Shown piece after piece: positions 12,110-23,844 of a stretch of 64,000 nucleotides of DNA. The position numbers and the translations under genes were made by a program. Positions within the stretch are counted from its first letter, which is position 1, and the number at the start of each line of letters is the position of its first letter. The notes under the pieces were generated by a model. The model was not told the DNA's origin, ran no database searches, and saw only the letters and a list, made by a program, of their open reading frames with translations. The stretch is from Malacoraja senta (lineage: Eukaryota), in assembly GCA_038087875.1 (NCBI GenBank), contig CM075998.1:6698001-6762000 (forward strand), read 5' to 3'.

Positions 12110-13060
12110 ATTAGGTGCAACACTCGCAAGTTTGCGGATGACACAAAGCTGGGTGGCAGTGTGAACTGTGAAGAGGATGTTAGGAGGTTGCAGGGTGACC
12201 TGGACAGGTTGAGTGAGTGGGCAGATGTGTGGCAGATGCAGTATAATATAGATAAATGTGAGATTATCTACTTTGGTGGCAAAATCAAGGGGGCAGATTA
12301 TTATCTCAATGGGGTTAGGTTAGGTAAGGGGGAGGTACAGCGAGACCTGGGTGTCCTTGTACACCGGTCACTGAAAGTTGGCGTGCAGGGACAGCAGGCA
12401 GTGAAGAAAGCTAATGGAGTGTTGGCCTTCATAACAAGAGGATTGCAGTATAGGAGTAGAGAGGTTCTTCTGCAGTTGTATAGGGCTCTGGTGAGACCAC
12501 ATCTGGAGTATTGTGTACAGTTTTGGTCTCCTAATTTGAGGAAGGACATCCTTGTGATTGAGGCAGTGCAGCGTAGGTTCATGAGATTGATCCCTGGGAT
12601 GGCGGGACTGTCATATGAGGAAAGATTGAAAAGACTAGGCTTGTATTCACTGGAGTTTAGAAGGATGAGGGGGAATCTTATAGAAACATATAAAATTATA
12701 AAAGGACTGGACAGGCTAGATGCAGGAAAAATGTTCCCAATGTGGGGCGAGTCCAGAACCAGGGGCCACAGTCTTAGAATAAAGGGGAGGCCATTTAGGA
12801 CTGAGGTGAGAAAAAACCTTTTCACCCAGAGAGTTGTGAATTTGTGGAATTCCCTGCCACAGAGGGCAGTGAAGGCCAAATCACTGGATGGATTTAAGAG
12901 AGAGTTAGATAGAGCTCTAGGGACTAGTGGAATCAAGGGATATGGGGAGAAGGCAGGCACGGATTATTGATTGGGGACGATCAGTCATGATCACAATGAA
13001 TGTCGGTGCTGGCTCGAAGGGCCGAATGGCCTCCTCCTGCACCTATTTTCTATGTTTCTA
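12110..13060 (+). mobile_element. CR1 LINE 3' fragment
   Basis: FADD onward, ORF 12161-12970 ending GYGEKAGTDY, and a ttctatgtttctat tail. Confidence 0.95.
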
Positions 13061-13061
13061 T

Positions 13062-13610
13062 GGTCGAGGTACGTGGAAATAATTTCCGTGGGACAGGAGC
13101 AGGCAGAAACAATGGGTCTGCCAGGGCAATTGTGTTTGTGGATTTTGGGGAGGTAGGGCTGGGAAACGGTAAGGTTGGAGGCTGGAAGTGATGAATGGTG
13201 TGTGATATTCAGGACTTGTGATCGTGTGTGGGGTCATGGTCCAAGGATAGGTAGGAGGAGTTGTCGCCTGGCCTCAGCCCAGTAGAGGTCAGCGCGCCAG
13301 ACTACCGCGGCACCTCCCTTGTCGGTGGGTTTGATTATCATGTCGGGGTTGCTGCAGAGTGAACGGAGGGCTGTACGTTCAGAGGGGGTGAGGTTAGAGT
13401 AGGTGAGGGGAATGGAAAAGTTGAGACGGTTGATGTCAAGCCGGCATTTTGAAATAAAGACGTGTAGAGAGGGTAGAAGGCCATCCATCCGGGGGAGTCC
13501 ACGAGGAGGGGGACTGGTGGAGACGGGAGAAGGGGTCATCACTGGGTGGTGAGGACTCCTTCCAATAGAAAAAGGTGCGGAGGCGATGGAATAAAAGCTC
13601 TGCGTCAGAT
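13062..13610 (-). mobile_element. Penelope-like element internal fragment (N-terminal to the RT core)
   Basis: SNLTPSERTALRSL...IIKPTDKGGAAVVW, matching the KADKG motif of PLE reverse transcriptases. Confidence 0.85.
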
Positions 13611-14257
13611 GTTTGCTTTATTTTTCCCAAGGCCACAAAGGAAATGGATCCTGTGGGATTAATTGCCTTTGGTACAAACTGAGGATCTGACTCAAAAGCA
13701 GTTGTAAGGTTTATTCAGTGCCAACAGCTCGGCTCCTTGTCCTGTTAAGATAAACAGTTTTTTTTAAATTGTTTGAATTGTTTGAATCATTTGAATTGTT
13801 AATGTGAGCAACTCAACGCCGCCATCTTTATCGTTCCATTCGTTATATTAGAAGCAGGCAGTCTGAGGCTGCTTGATGCCAATCATCACTTACACTCCTG
13901 GTGAATTGCTGGCTTACAAGGCTATTTAAAGGATGAATTATTACAGACCCGAGCTACTCAGTTCTACAACTGTATTATGTTCAAACCTATCAAACGCTGA
14001 AGTAAACCATGGATTCCAGTACAATAATGATCTGTTAATGAAAGTGAATAAAAGTGGATTTTTAGTAATTTTGATTTAACCTTAATAGATTTCTCCTATT
14101 TCTTCCTACAGGGAGCAGATTCTACAGTAATTGTCCTGTCATTTTGTCAATTATTCAGAGTTAAATTGCTTCAAAAATAACATTTGTATGCATTTCAGAA
14201 CTGACTTGATTATTATCCAGAGCCTATGTCAGTGGTGTTAGTTTTGATTTTGGACGA

Positions 14258-14612
14258 TCCATGAGAGGAATAGATTGGGTAGATGCACAGAATCTCTTGC
14301 CTAGAGGAGGGGAATCGAGGACCAGAGGACATAGGTTTAAGGTGAAGTGGAAAAGATTGAACATGAATCTGAGGGGTAACTTTTTCACACAAAGGGTGGT
14401 AGGTGTATGGAACGAGCTGCCAGAGGAGGTAGTTGAGGCTGGGACTATCCCAATGTTTAAGAAACATTTAGACAGGTACATGGATAGGACAGGTTTGGAG
14501 GGATATGGACCAAGTGCAGGCAGGTGGGACTAGTGTAGCTGGGACATTGTTGGGCGGTGTGGGCAAGTTGGGCCGAAGGGCCTGTTTCCACACTGTGTAT
14601 CACTCTATGACC
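14258..14612 (+). mobile_element. CR1 LINE 3' fragment (HER1-like)
   Basis: SRTRGHRFKV...FFTQRVVGVWNELP plus tail. Confidence 0.9.
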
Positions 14613-14894
14613 TCCTTGAATTTGTACCTTTGCGTGTATGTCGTCAGAAGGAGCCATATCTGTTCAGGGGTTTCTTTGTCAGTTCAGGAGATTAAGTTTA
14701 TGAATGCTTTGCACAGGCGATGGACAAGCGCGTTGGCAACTGCTCCGCAGATGAAGCAGTACATGCCCGCATGCTGCAAGATGGAGGCAACGTTCAGGCC
14801 GCAGCAGATGAACTGCTAGTAGTAACATTCATACTACTAAAGTGACAGGCGCTGAACGTATCCAACCATATTGAGTATGACCACTACCACCAGA

Positions 14895-15205
14895 ATAGTG
14901 ATAGAGTGGATGTGGAGAGGATGTTTCCACCTGTGCCAGAGTCTCCGACTAGAGATCATAGCCTCAGAATTAAAGGACGTTCTTTCACGAAGGAGGAGGA
15001 ATTTCTTCATTCAGAAGGTGGTGAATCTGTGGAATTCTTTGCCACAGAAGGCTGTGGAGGCCAAGTCAGTAGATATTTTTACGGTAGAGATACATAGATT
15101 CTTAATTAGTACGGGTGTCAGAGGTTATGGGGAGAAGGCAGGAGAATGGGGGTTAGGAGGGAGGGATAGATCAGCCATGATTGAATGGCATAGTAGACGA
15201 TGGGT
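14895..15205 (+). mobile_element. CR1 LINE 3' fragment
   Basis: QKVVNLWNSLPQKAVEA...GYGEKAG; lies tail-to-tail with the minus-strand CR1 at 15207. Confidence 0.8.
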
Positions 15206-16592
15206 CAACGTGATCATGGCTGATCATCCGCAATCAATACCTCGTTCCTGCCTTCTCCCCATATCCCTTGAGCCCTAAGAGCTCTATCCAACTCCCTTTT
15301 GAATGCATCCAGTGAATCAGCCTCCACTGCCTTCCGAGGAAGAGAATTCCACAGATTCACAACTCTCTGGGTGAAAAAGTTTTTCCTCATCTCAGTTCTA
15401 AATGCCCTGCCCCTTATTCTTAAACTGTGGCCCCTGGTTCTGGACTCCCCCAACATCGAGAACATGTTTCCTGCATCTAGCATGTCAAATCCCTTAATAA
15501 TTTTATATGTTTCTATAAGATCTCCTCATCCTTCTAAATTCCAGTGAATACAAGCCCAGTCGTTCCATTCTCTCAGCATATGACAGTCCCGCCATCCCGG
15601 GAATTAACCCCGTGAATCTACGCTGCACTCCCTCAATAGCAAGAATGTCTTTCCTCAAATTAGGAGACCAAAACTGCACACAATACTCCAGGTGCGGTCT
15701 CACTAGGGCTCTGTACAACTGCAGAAGGACCTCTTTGTTCCTATACTCAAATCCTCTTGTTATGAAGGCCAACATGCCATTAGCTTTCTTCACTGCCTGC
15801 TGTACCTGCACGCCAACTTTCAGTGACCGGTGTACAAGGACACCCAGGTTTCGTTGCACCTCCCTTTTCCTAATCTGCCTTCTTGTTCTTGCCACCAAAG
15901 TGGATAATCTCACATTTATCCACATTATATTGCATCTGCCATGTATCTGCCCACTCACCCAACCTGTCCAAGTCACCCTGCATCCTAATAGCATCTTCAT
16001 CACAGTTTACAGTGCCACCCAGCTTTGTGTCATCTGCAAATTTGTTAACGTTACATCTAAATCATTGATGTATTTTGTAAATAGCTGCGGTCCCAGCACC
16101 GAGCCTAGCGGCACCCCACTAGTCACTGCCTGCCATTCTGAAAGGGACCCGTCAATTCCTATTCTTTGTTTCCTGTCTGCCAACCAATTTTCTATCCATG
16201 TCAGCACTCTACCCCCAATACTATGTGCCCTAATTTTGCCCACTAAACTCATGTGTGAGATCTAAGGCTTTCTGAAAGTTCAGATACACTACATCTATTG
16301 GCTCTCCCTTATCCATTTTACTTGTTACATCCTCAAAAAATCCAGAAGATTAGTCAAGCATAATTTCCCCTTCATAAATCCATGCTGACTTGGTCCGATC
16401 CTGTTACTGCTATCCAAATGTGCCGCTATTTCATCTTTAGTAATTGACTCCAGCATCAGGCTAACTGATCTATAATTCCCTGTTTTCTCTCTCGCTCTTT
16501 TCTTGAAAAGTGGGATAACATTAGCTACGCTCCAATCCACAGGAACTGATCCTGAATCTGCAGAACATTAGAAAATGATCACCATTGCGTCC

Positions 16593-16729
16593 GAAGTCTG
16601 TCTGAAGAAGGGTCTCGACCCGAAACGTCGCCTATTCCTTCTCTCCAAAGATGCTGCCTCACCCACTGAGTTTTTCCAGCATTTTTGTCTACCTTCGATT
16701 TTTCCAGCATCTGCAGTTCTTCCTTAAAC
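16593..16729 (+). mobile_element. Penelope-derived short element with intact hammerhead motif (16602-16629)
   Basis: ctgaagaagggtctcgacccgaaacgtc plus tail; degenerate TSD caccattgcgtcc / catcaatgagtcc. Confidence 0.8.
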
Positions 16730-17346
16730 ATCAATGAGTCCATGATTTCTAGAGCCACCTCCTTGAGTACCCTGGGATGCAGACCATCAGGCCATGGGTA
16801 TTTTTCAGTCCCATCATTCTACCCAACACTATTAATGTGAATTTCCTTCAGTTCCTCCGTCACCCTAGATCCTCTGTCCCCTAGTACATCTGGAAGATTG
16901 TTTGTGTCTTCCTTAGTGAAGACAGAACCAAAGTACCTGTTCAACTCGTCTGCCATTTCCTTGTTCCCCATAATATTTTCACCTGTTTCTGTCTTCAAGG
17001 GAGGTCCCAATTAATCTTTTCCTCTTCACATACCTAAAGAAACTTTTACAATCCGCCTTTATATTCTTGGCTAGCATCTTCGTACCTCATCTTTTCACCC
17101 CGTATTGCCTTTTTAGTTATCTTCTGTTCCTCTTCCAAATTCATTTGGTTTTATACTGTCCTTGACGTCCCTTGTCAGCCACGGTCGCCTCTTACTCCCC
17201 TTAGATTCTTTCTTCCTCTTTGGAATGAAATAATCCTGCATCTTCTCGATTATTCCCAGAAATTCCTGCCATTGCTGTTCCATCGTCATCTGTGCTGGGG
17301 TCCATTTTCAGTCAACTTTGGCCAGCTCCTCCCTCATGCCTCCATA

Positions 17347-18979
17347 CAGTGCATTCAGAAAGTATTCAGACCCCTTCACTTTTTCCACATTTTGTTACAT
17401 TACAGCCTTATTCGAAAATGGATTACATTCATTGTTTTTATCATCAATCTACACACAATACCCCATAATATAAAAGTGAAAACAGGTGTTTAGAAATTTT
17501 TGCAAAGTAATTAAAAAGAAATAACTGAAATATCCCATTTACATAAGTATTCAGACCCTTTGCTATGACACTAACAATTGAGCTTGGGTTCATCCTGTTT
17601 CCATTGATTATCCTTAAGATGTTTCTACAACTTGATTAGAATCCACCAGTGGTAAATTAAATTGCTTGGACATGATTTGGAAAGGCACACACCTGTTTAT
17701 ATAAGGTCCCACAGTTGACAGTGCATATCAGAGCAAAAACAAAGCTATGAAGATGAAGGAATTGTCCGTAGACGTCCGAGACAGGATTATGTCGAGACAC
17801 AAATCTGGGGAAGGGTATAAAACAATTTCTGCAGCATTGCAGGTCCAGAAGAGCAGAGTGGCCTCCGTCATTCTTAAATGGAAGAACTTTGGAACCACCA
17901 GGACTCTTCATAGAGCTGGCTGCCCGGCCAAGCTGAGCAATCGGGGGAGAAGGGCCTTGATCAGGGAGGTGACCAAGAACCCGATGGTCACTCTGACAGA
18001 GCTCCAGAGTTCCTCTGTGGAAATGGGAGAAACTTCCAGAAGGACAACTATATCTGCAGCACTCCACCAATCAGGCCTTTATGGTAGAGTGGCCAGACGG
18101 AAGCCACTCCTCAGTAAAAGGCACATGACAGCCCGCTTGGAGTTTGCCAAATGGCACCTAAAGGACTCTCAGTCTATGAGGAACAAGTTTCTCTGGTCTG
18201 ATGAAACCAAGATTGAACTCTGGACTGAATGGCAAGCGTCATGTCTGGAGGACACCAGGCACCGCTCATCACCTGGCCAATACCATACCTACGGTGAAGC
18301 ATGGTGGTGGCAGCATCATGCTGTGGGGATGTTTTTCAGCGGCAGGAACTGGGAGACTAGTCAGGATCGAGGGAAAGATGAACGGAGCAAAGTACAGAGA
18401 GATCCTTGATGAAAACCTGCTCCAGAGCGTTCTGGACCTCAGACTGGGGCGGAGGTTCACCTTCCAACAGGACAACAACCCTAAGTACACAGCCAAGACA
18501 ACGCAGGAGTGGCTTTGTGACAAGTCTGTGAATGTCCTTGAGTGGCCCAGCCAGAGCCTGGACTTGAATCCGATCGAATATCTCGGGAGGGTCTTGAAAA
18601 TAGCTGTGCATCGACGCTCCCCATCCAACCTGACAGAGCTTGAGAGGATCTGGAGAGAAGAATGGGAGAAATTACCCAAATACAGGTGTGCCAAGCTTGT
18701 AGCGTCATACCCAAGAAGACTTGAGGCTGTAATTGCTGCCAAAGGTGCCTCAACAAAGTACTGAGTAAAGGGTCTGAATACTTATGTAAATGTGATATTT
18801 CAGATTTATTTTTAATTACTTTTCAAAAATTTCTAAACGCCTGTTTTCGCTTTTTTAATGTGGGGTATTGTGTGTAGATTGATGATAAAAACAATGAATT
18901 TAATCCATTTTAGAATAAGGCTGTAACGTAACAAAATGTGGAAAAGGTGAAGGGGTCTGAATACTTTCTGAATGCACTG
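17347..18979 (+). mobile_element. Tc1 DNA transposon (family A), full length, transposase with one frameshift
   Basis: ~200-bp TIRs starting cagtgcattcagaaagtattcagaccc; TA on the left, TC on the right. Transposase 17747-18764 with WSDETK, QQDN and 34 residues to LNPIE (DD34E). 2-nt deletion near 18220 relative to the second copy. Confidence 0.97.
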
Positions 18980-20170
18980 TCGTCCCCTTTGTTCAACTGC
19001 AATACTGACACTTCTGATTTTACTTTCTCCCTCTCAAATTGCAGATTAAAACTTATCATATTATGGTCACTACCTCCTTATGGTTCCTTTACCTTTATCA
19101 AATCCAGTTCATTGCACAACACTAAATCCAGAATTGCCTTCTCCCTGGTAGGCTCCAGTACAAGCTGCTCCAAGATTCCATCTTTGGCGCTGTGAGGCAG
19201 CAACTCTACCGCTGCGCCACCATGCCGCCCACGGTGTAGGGTCATTCCATACGCCTTCATTACTCTTGACCTAGTGCCATTGAAAAGAGCTCAATTAGAA
19301 TTGACTATTGATTGCTATCCAGTGACCCATGCTGGAAGACATCCATTGTCAGATGAGAATAGTATTGGGCTCGGCGGCTTAGGTAGTCCCCGAGATTAAA
19401 TCACCTTCTGCCATATTAGACTGAAGAATGGTGTCTCAAGTTTGGATCTGCATTGCAGTCAACAGCAGTGAAGCTGACATGCGGCAGTCAGTTCCTTCAG
19501 GGAAGCAGAATATCAAAACCCTCCTGAATAACGAGTTGATAACCATGCTTTTCACATTTGTAAAAGGAACAAGCCATTGCCCTCATGGAGAGCAAACAAA
19601 ACATCTGAGTACAACAGTGAACGCTCGTTGAAGGCTACATTGGACACTAAAGCAAATAGAAATTGTTAAAGATCCTAACGGCTAGATAGAAATCAGAAAA
19701 AAATGAGGTCAACCGCTTTATATTGTAAAGGTTGAAAAGATGTGAACTTGATAACATTGTTCTCATTTTTAAAGTTGATCTTTAAATGAAATCCTGAGAA
19801 CACTGCTATCAATTTTTGCAATCCCTGTGGCTGTACTGAAATGGTATCTGAATCTTAATTGTAGTATCACAATAACCAGTTTGTGCAGTTTAGAGTAGTT
19901 ATGCATCACTCTACCTGATGAAGTGAATTGTGCACTTGTAAAGTAGACAATACAGCCAAGTGAAACCATGTTAAGTGGATAGTCTGCGGATTATCTTCCT
20001 ATTTTGGGTTGGATGTATGCTGTAAGTTTCACTTAAGATAATGGAGGAAGTGTAAAGGTGAAACAAAGCCATTATAGAATGCACTTTAAAGAAAATGCTA
20101 AGTCCTGCACAGTTCAGGTCCTCAAGTTACTCCTCCACGCTGCACTGAATTACATGCTCACATCAAGCTA

Positions 20171-20450
20171 CAGTGCCCTCCATAATATTTGGGACAAAGA
20201 CCCATCATTTATTTATTTGCCTCTGTACTCCATAATTTGAGATTTGTAATAGAAAAAATCACACTTGGTTAAAGTGCACATTGTCAGATTTTATTGAAGG
20301 CCATTTTTATACATTTTGGTTTCACCATGTAGAAATTACAGCTGTGTTTATACATAGTCCCCCCATTTCAGGGCACCATAATGTTTGGGATACATGGCTT
20401 CACAGGTGATTGTAATTGCTCAGATATGTTTAAATGCCTCCTTAATGCAG
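20171..20450 (+). mobile_element. Tc1 family B left end only
   Basis: TA|cagtgccctccataat...; reverse complement of 49277-49559. Confidence 0.9.
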
Positions 20451-21799
20451 GTGCATTCAGAAAGTATTCAGACCCCTTCACTTTTTCCACATTTTGTTAC
20501 GTTACAGCCTTATTTTAAAATGGATTAAATTCATTTTTTTAATCATCAATCTACACACAATCTGCCAGAATGAAGAAACAAAAACAGCTGTTTAGAAATT
20601 TTTGCAAAGTAATTGAAAAGAAATAACTGAAATATCACATTTACATAAGTATTCAGACTCTTTGCTATGACACTCAAAATTGAGCTTAGGCTCATCCTGT
20701 TTCCATTGATTATCCTTGAGATGTTTCTACAACTTGATTAGAATCCACCACGTGGTAAATTAAATTGATTGGACATGATTTGGAAAGGTACACACCTGTC
20801 CATATAAGATCCCACAGTTGACAGTCCATGTCGGAGCAAAAACCAAGTCATGAAGATGAAGGAATTGTCCGTAGACCTCCGAGACAGGATTGTGTCGAGA
20901 CACAGATCTGGGGAAGGGTATGAAACAATTTCTGCAGCATTGCAGGTCCCGAAGAGCAGAGTGGCCTCCGTCATTCTTAAATGGAAGAACTTTGGAACCA
21001 CCAGGACTCTTCATAGAGCTGGCTGCCCGGCCAAACTGAGCAATCGGGGGAGAAGGGCCTTGGTCAGGGAGGTGACTGAGAACCCGATGGTCACTCTGAC
21101 ATAGCTCCAGAGTTCCTCTGTGGAGATGGGAGAACCTTCCAGAAGGACAACTATATCTGCAGCACTCCACCAATCAGATCTTTATGGTAGAGTGGCCAGA
21201 CGGAAGCCACTCCTCAGTAAAAGACACATGACAGCCTGCTTGGAGTTTGCCAAAAGGCACCTAAAGGACTCTCAGTCTATGAGGAACAAGATTCTCTGGT
21301 CTGATGAAACCAAGATTGAACTCTTTGGCCTGAATGGCAAGTGTCACGTCTGGAGGAAACCAGGCACCGCTCATCACCTGGCCAATACCATACCTACAGT
21401 GAAGCATCATGCTGTGGGGATGTTTTTCAGCGGCAGGAACTGGGAGACTAGTCAGGATTGAGGGAAAGATGAACGGAGCAAAGTACAGAGAGATCCTTGA
21501 TGAAAACCTGCTCCAGAGCGTTCTGGACCAAGAAGACTTGAGGTTGTAATCGCTGCCAAAGGTGCCTCAACAAAGTACTGAGTAAAGGGTCTGAATACTT
21601 ATGTAAATGTGATATTTCAGTTATTTCTTTTTAATTACTTTGCAAAAATTTCTAAACACCTGTTTTCACTTTTTTGTTATAGGGTATTGTACATAGATTG
21701 ATGATAAAAAAAAATGAATTTAATCCATTTTAGAATAAGGCTGTAACGTAACAAAATGTGGAAAAAGTAAAGAAGTCTGAATACTTTCTGAATGCACTG
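20451..21799 (+). mobile_element. Tc1 family A, internally deleted copy
   Basis: Highly similar to 17347-18979. Stop at 21102-21104, deletions near 21407 and 21529, ends gcactg|TA. Confidence 0.95.
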
Positions 21800-23001
21800 T
21801 ATGTTAAAGTTGTATAATCGACAAATGAATTTCAAAGCAGATGAGTGAGCCACTTATATAGAGGTTTTGGTGAGGTTAAGGTGTAAAAACCTGGATGTAA
21901 GACCATACTATCTCTGGAATCAAAAGTAGTGAAGTTACGTTAAGCTTGTCGAGAACCTTAAGATGATGCGATACTGGAGCATAGAAGATGACTTTGGTCT
22001 CAATATTGTAAAAGGTACAGAGAGGTACTGGAGAATCTGCAAAATACTTCCTCTCATTAAGTGGCTAGATATGTCGGGAAAGATTGATTGGGCTATGTCT
22101 GTCTTCTCCAGAATAGAGAGATGGAAGGGTGCCCAGATTGAGGTTTTCAGGATTTATGGTAGGGTTTAATTCAGTTGACACAGAATGTTTTTTTTCTTCT
22201 TGCATGTGAGACCAATTCAAGAGACTATAAATATGGTAGAAGCAATAAGTATGGATGGCTTGGATTGGTGTCAAGTTAATGGAAAGTGATTACAGGGCAG
22301 GCCAGTGAGAAATGGATTGACTGGGTTTTGTGTTTCAATGGGTTTAAGAATTATGGTGATCATGAGAACTCTGGCATCTGCCCCAAAATCCCTGCCTATT
22401 CTGGACCATGCATCAGAACAGTACATCTGAGTTATTTAATTTAAAATACCGCACTAATGCCAAGTTCTACATTAAGAAGCTGCAAACTACAAAGTCTTTC
22501 CATTAGCTAATGGTATTTTTTCCATACATTCCATCTTCATATCTGGTGAGCTCAGCCAAAGTCAAAAAGTGAGGCTGAAATTGCAACCAGCTCTGTTAAT
22601 ATTCAGGATGTCAAAGGTGTCAGACTCTTTATTTTTGTGTACCAAAGCCCAAAAGTACAATAAATTGACCTCAAAGTTTTCCTCTTCCCATGCCCACAGC
22701 GCAATGGAGAGTCTGCCAGGAAACATTGGGAAGAAATGGGATATGTTACAATATACAAGACATATTGTGGGCTGAATTCAGCTTCAATATATCCCTCACA
22801 TGATGGAGATGTACAGCTCTAAAATGCAGCACCATTTTAGTTGCATTTACATAACACCTTTAATGTTGGGACGTTTCCCAAAATGTTTCATTGGCATGTT
22901 CAGTTTAGTTTGGTTTAGAGATACAGCATGGAAACAGACCCTTCAGCCCAGAGTCCATGCTGACCATCGATCACCCGTTCACACTAGTTCTATATTATCC
23001 C

Positions 23002-23527
23002 ACAGAAACATAGAAAATAGGTGCAGAAGTAGGCCATTCAGCCCTTCGGGCCAGCACCACCATTCAATATGATCATGGCTAATTATCCAAAATCAGTACC
23101 CTGTTCCTGCTTTCTCCCCATGTCAATTGATTCTGTTAGCCCTGAGAGCTAAATCTACATCTCTCTTGAAAACATCCAGTGAATTGGCCTCCACTGCCTT
23201 CTGTGGCAGAGAATTCCACAGATTCACAACTCTCTGGGTGGAAAAGTTTTTTCTCATCTCAGTCCTAAATGGCCTACCCCTTATTCTTAAACTGTGAACC
23301 CTGGTTCTGGACTCCCCCAACATCGGGAACAAATTTCCTGCATGCAGCCTGTCCAATCCCTTAAGAATTGTATGTTTCTATAAGCTCCCCTCTCATCTTT
23401 CTAAATTCCAACCCAGTCGATCCATTCTTTCATCATATGTCAGTCCCGCCATACCGGGAATTAACCTGGTGAACCTACGCTGCACTCCCTCAAAGGTAAG
23501 AATGTCCTTCCTCAAATTAGGAGACCA
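23002..23527 (-). mobile_element. CR1 LINE 3' fragment
   Basis: WSPNLRKDIL...RFTRLIPGMAGL...NLWNSLPQ plus tail. Confidence 0.9.
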
Positions 23528-23712
23528 CTTTCGCATCCAATTCCAACACATTAGGTACAATTTACAGAGGCCAATTAACCTACAAGACCACGCGGTCACG
23601 GGGAGAACGTACAAACTCCATACAGACAGAGCTTGCAGTCGAGATCGAACCCGGGTCTCCGGTGCCTCAAATGCTGTACGGCAGCAACTCTACCGCTGCG
23701 CCACCGTGCCGC
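23528..23712 (-). mobile_element. HE1-like V-SINE fragment
   Basis: tRNA-derived head gcggcacggtggcgcagcggtagagttgctgcc...gggttcgatc on the minus strand. Confidence 0.75.
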
Positions 23713-23844
23713 TGATGTTACAGAGAATCAATAACAATTAGACCATTGGGTATATTTGAACAGCAGTAAGAATTTTAAAACTGAAACCTTGTTGGATCGT
23801 GTGTCCATGCAGATCAATGGGGGGGTTGGGGGTACTTGCTTAGT

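Larger units (their letters stand above)
15207..19181 (-). mobile_element. CR1 LINE, degraded, interrupted by a Penelope-derived insert (16593-16729) and Tc1 (17347-18979)
   Basis: Colinear ORF2 fragments from EQLVLEPTREKAILDLVL to the 3' UTR; CR1 sequence resumes after each insert. Confidence 0.93.

Noticed and set aside
12301..12960. Long antisense ORFs over CR1 copies (also 15612-16265 and 62333-62737)
   Set aside because: These are recurrent shadow frames of CR1 ORF2 with no independent evidence of coding.
14085..14135. Strong-looking acceptor ttctcctatttcttcctacag as an extra SPRYD3 exon
   Set aside because: The SPRYD3 peptide is already continuous across the intron and no SPRY-like translation follows.
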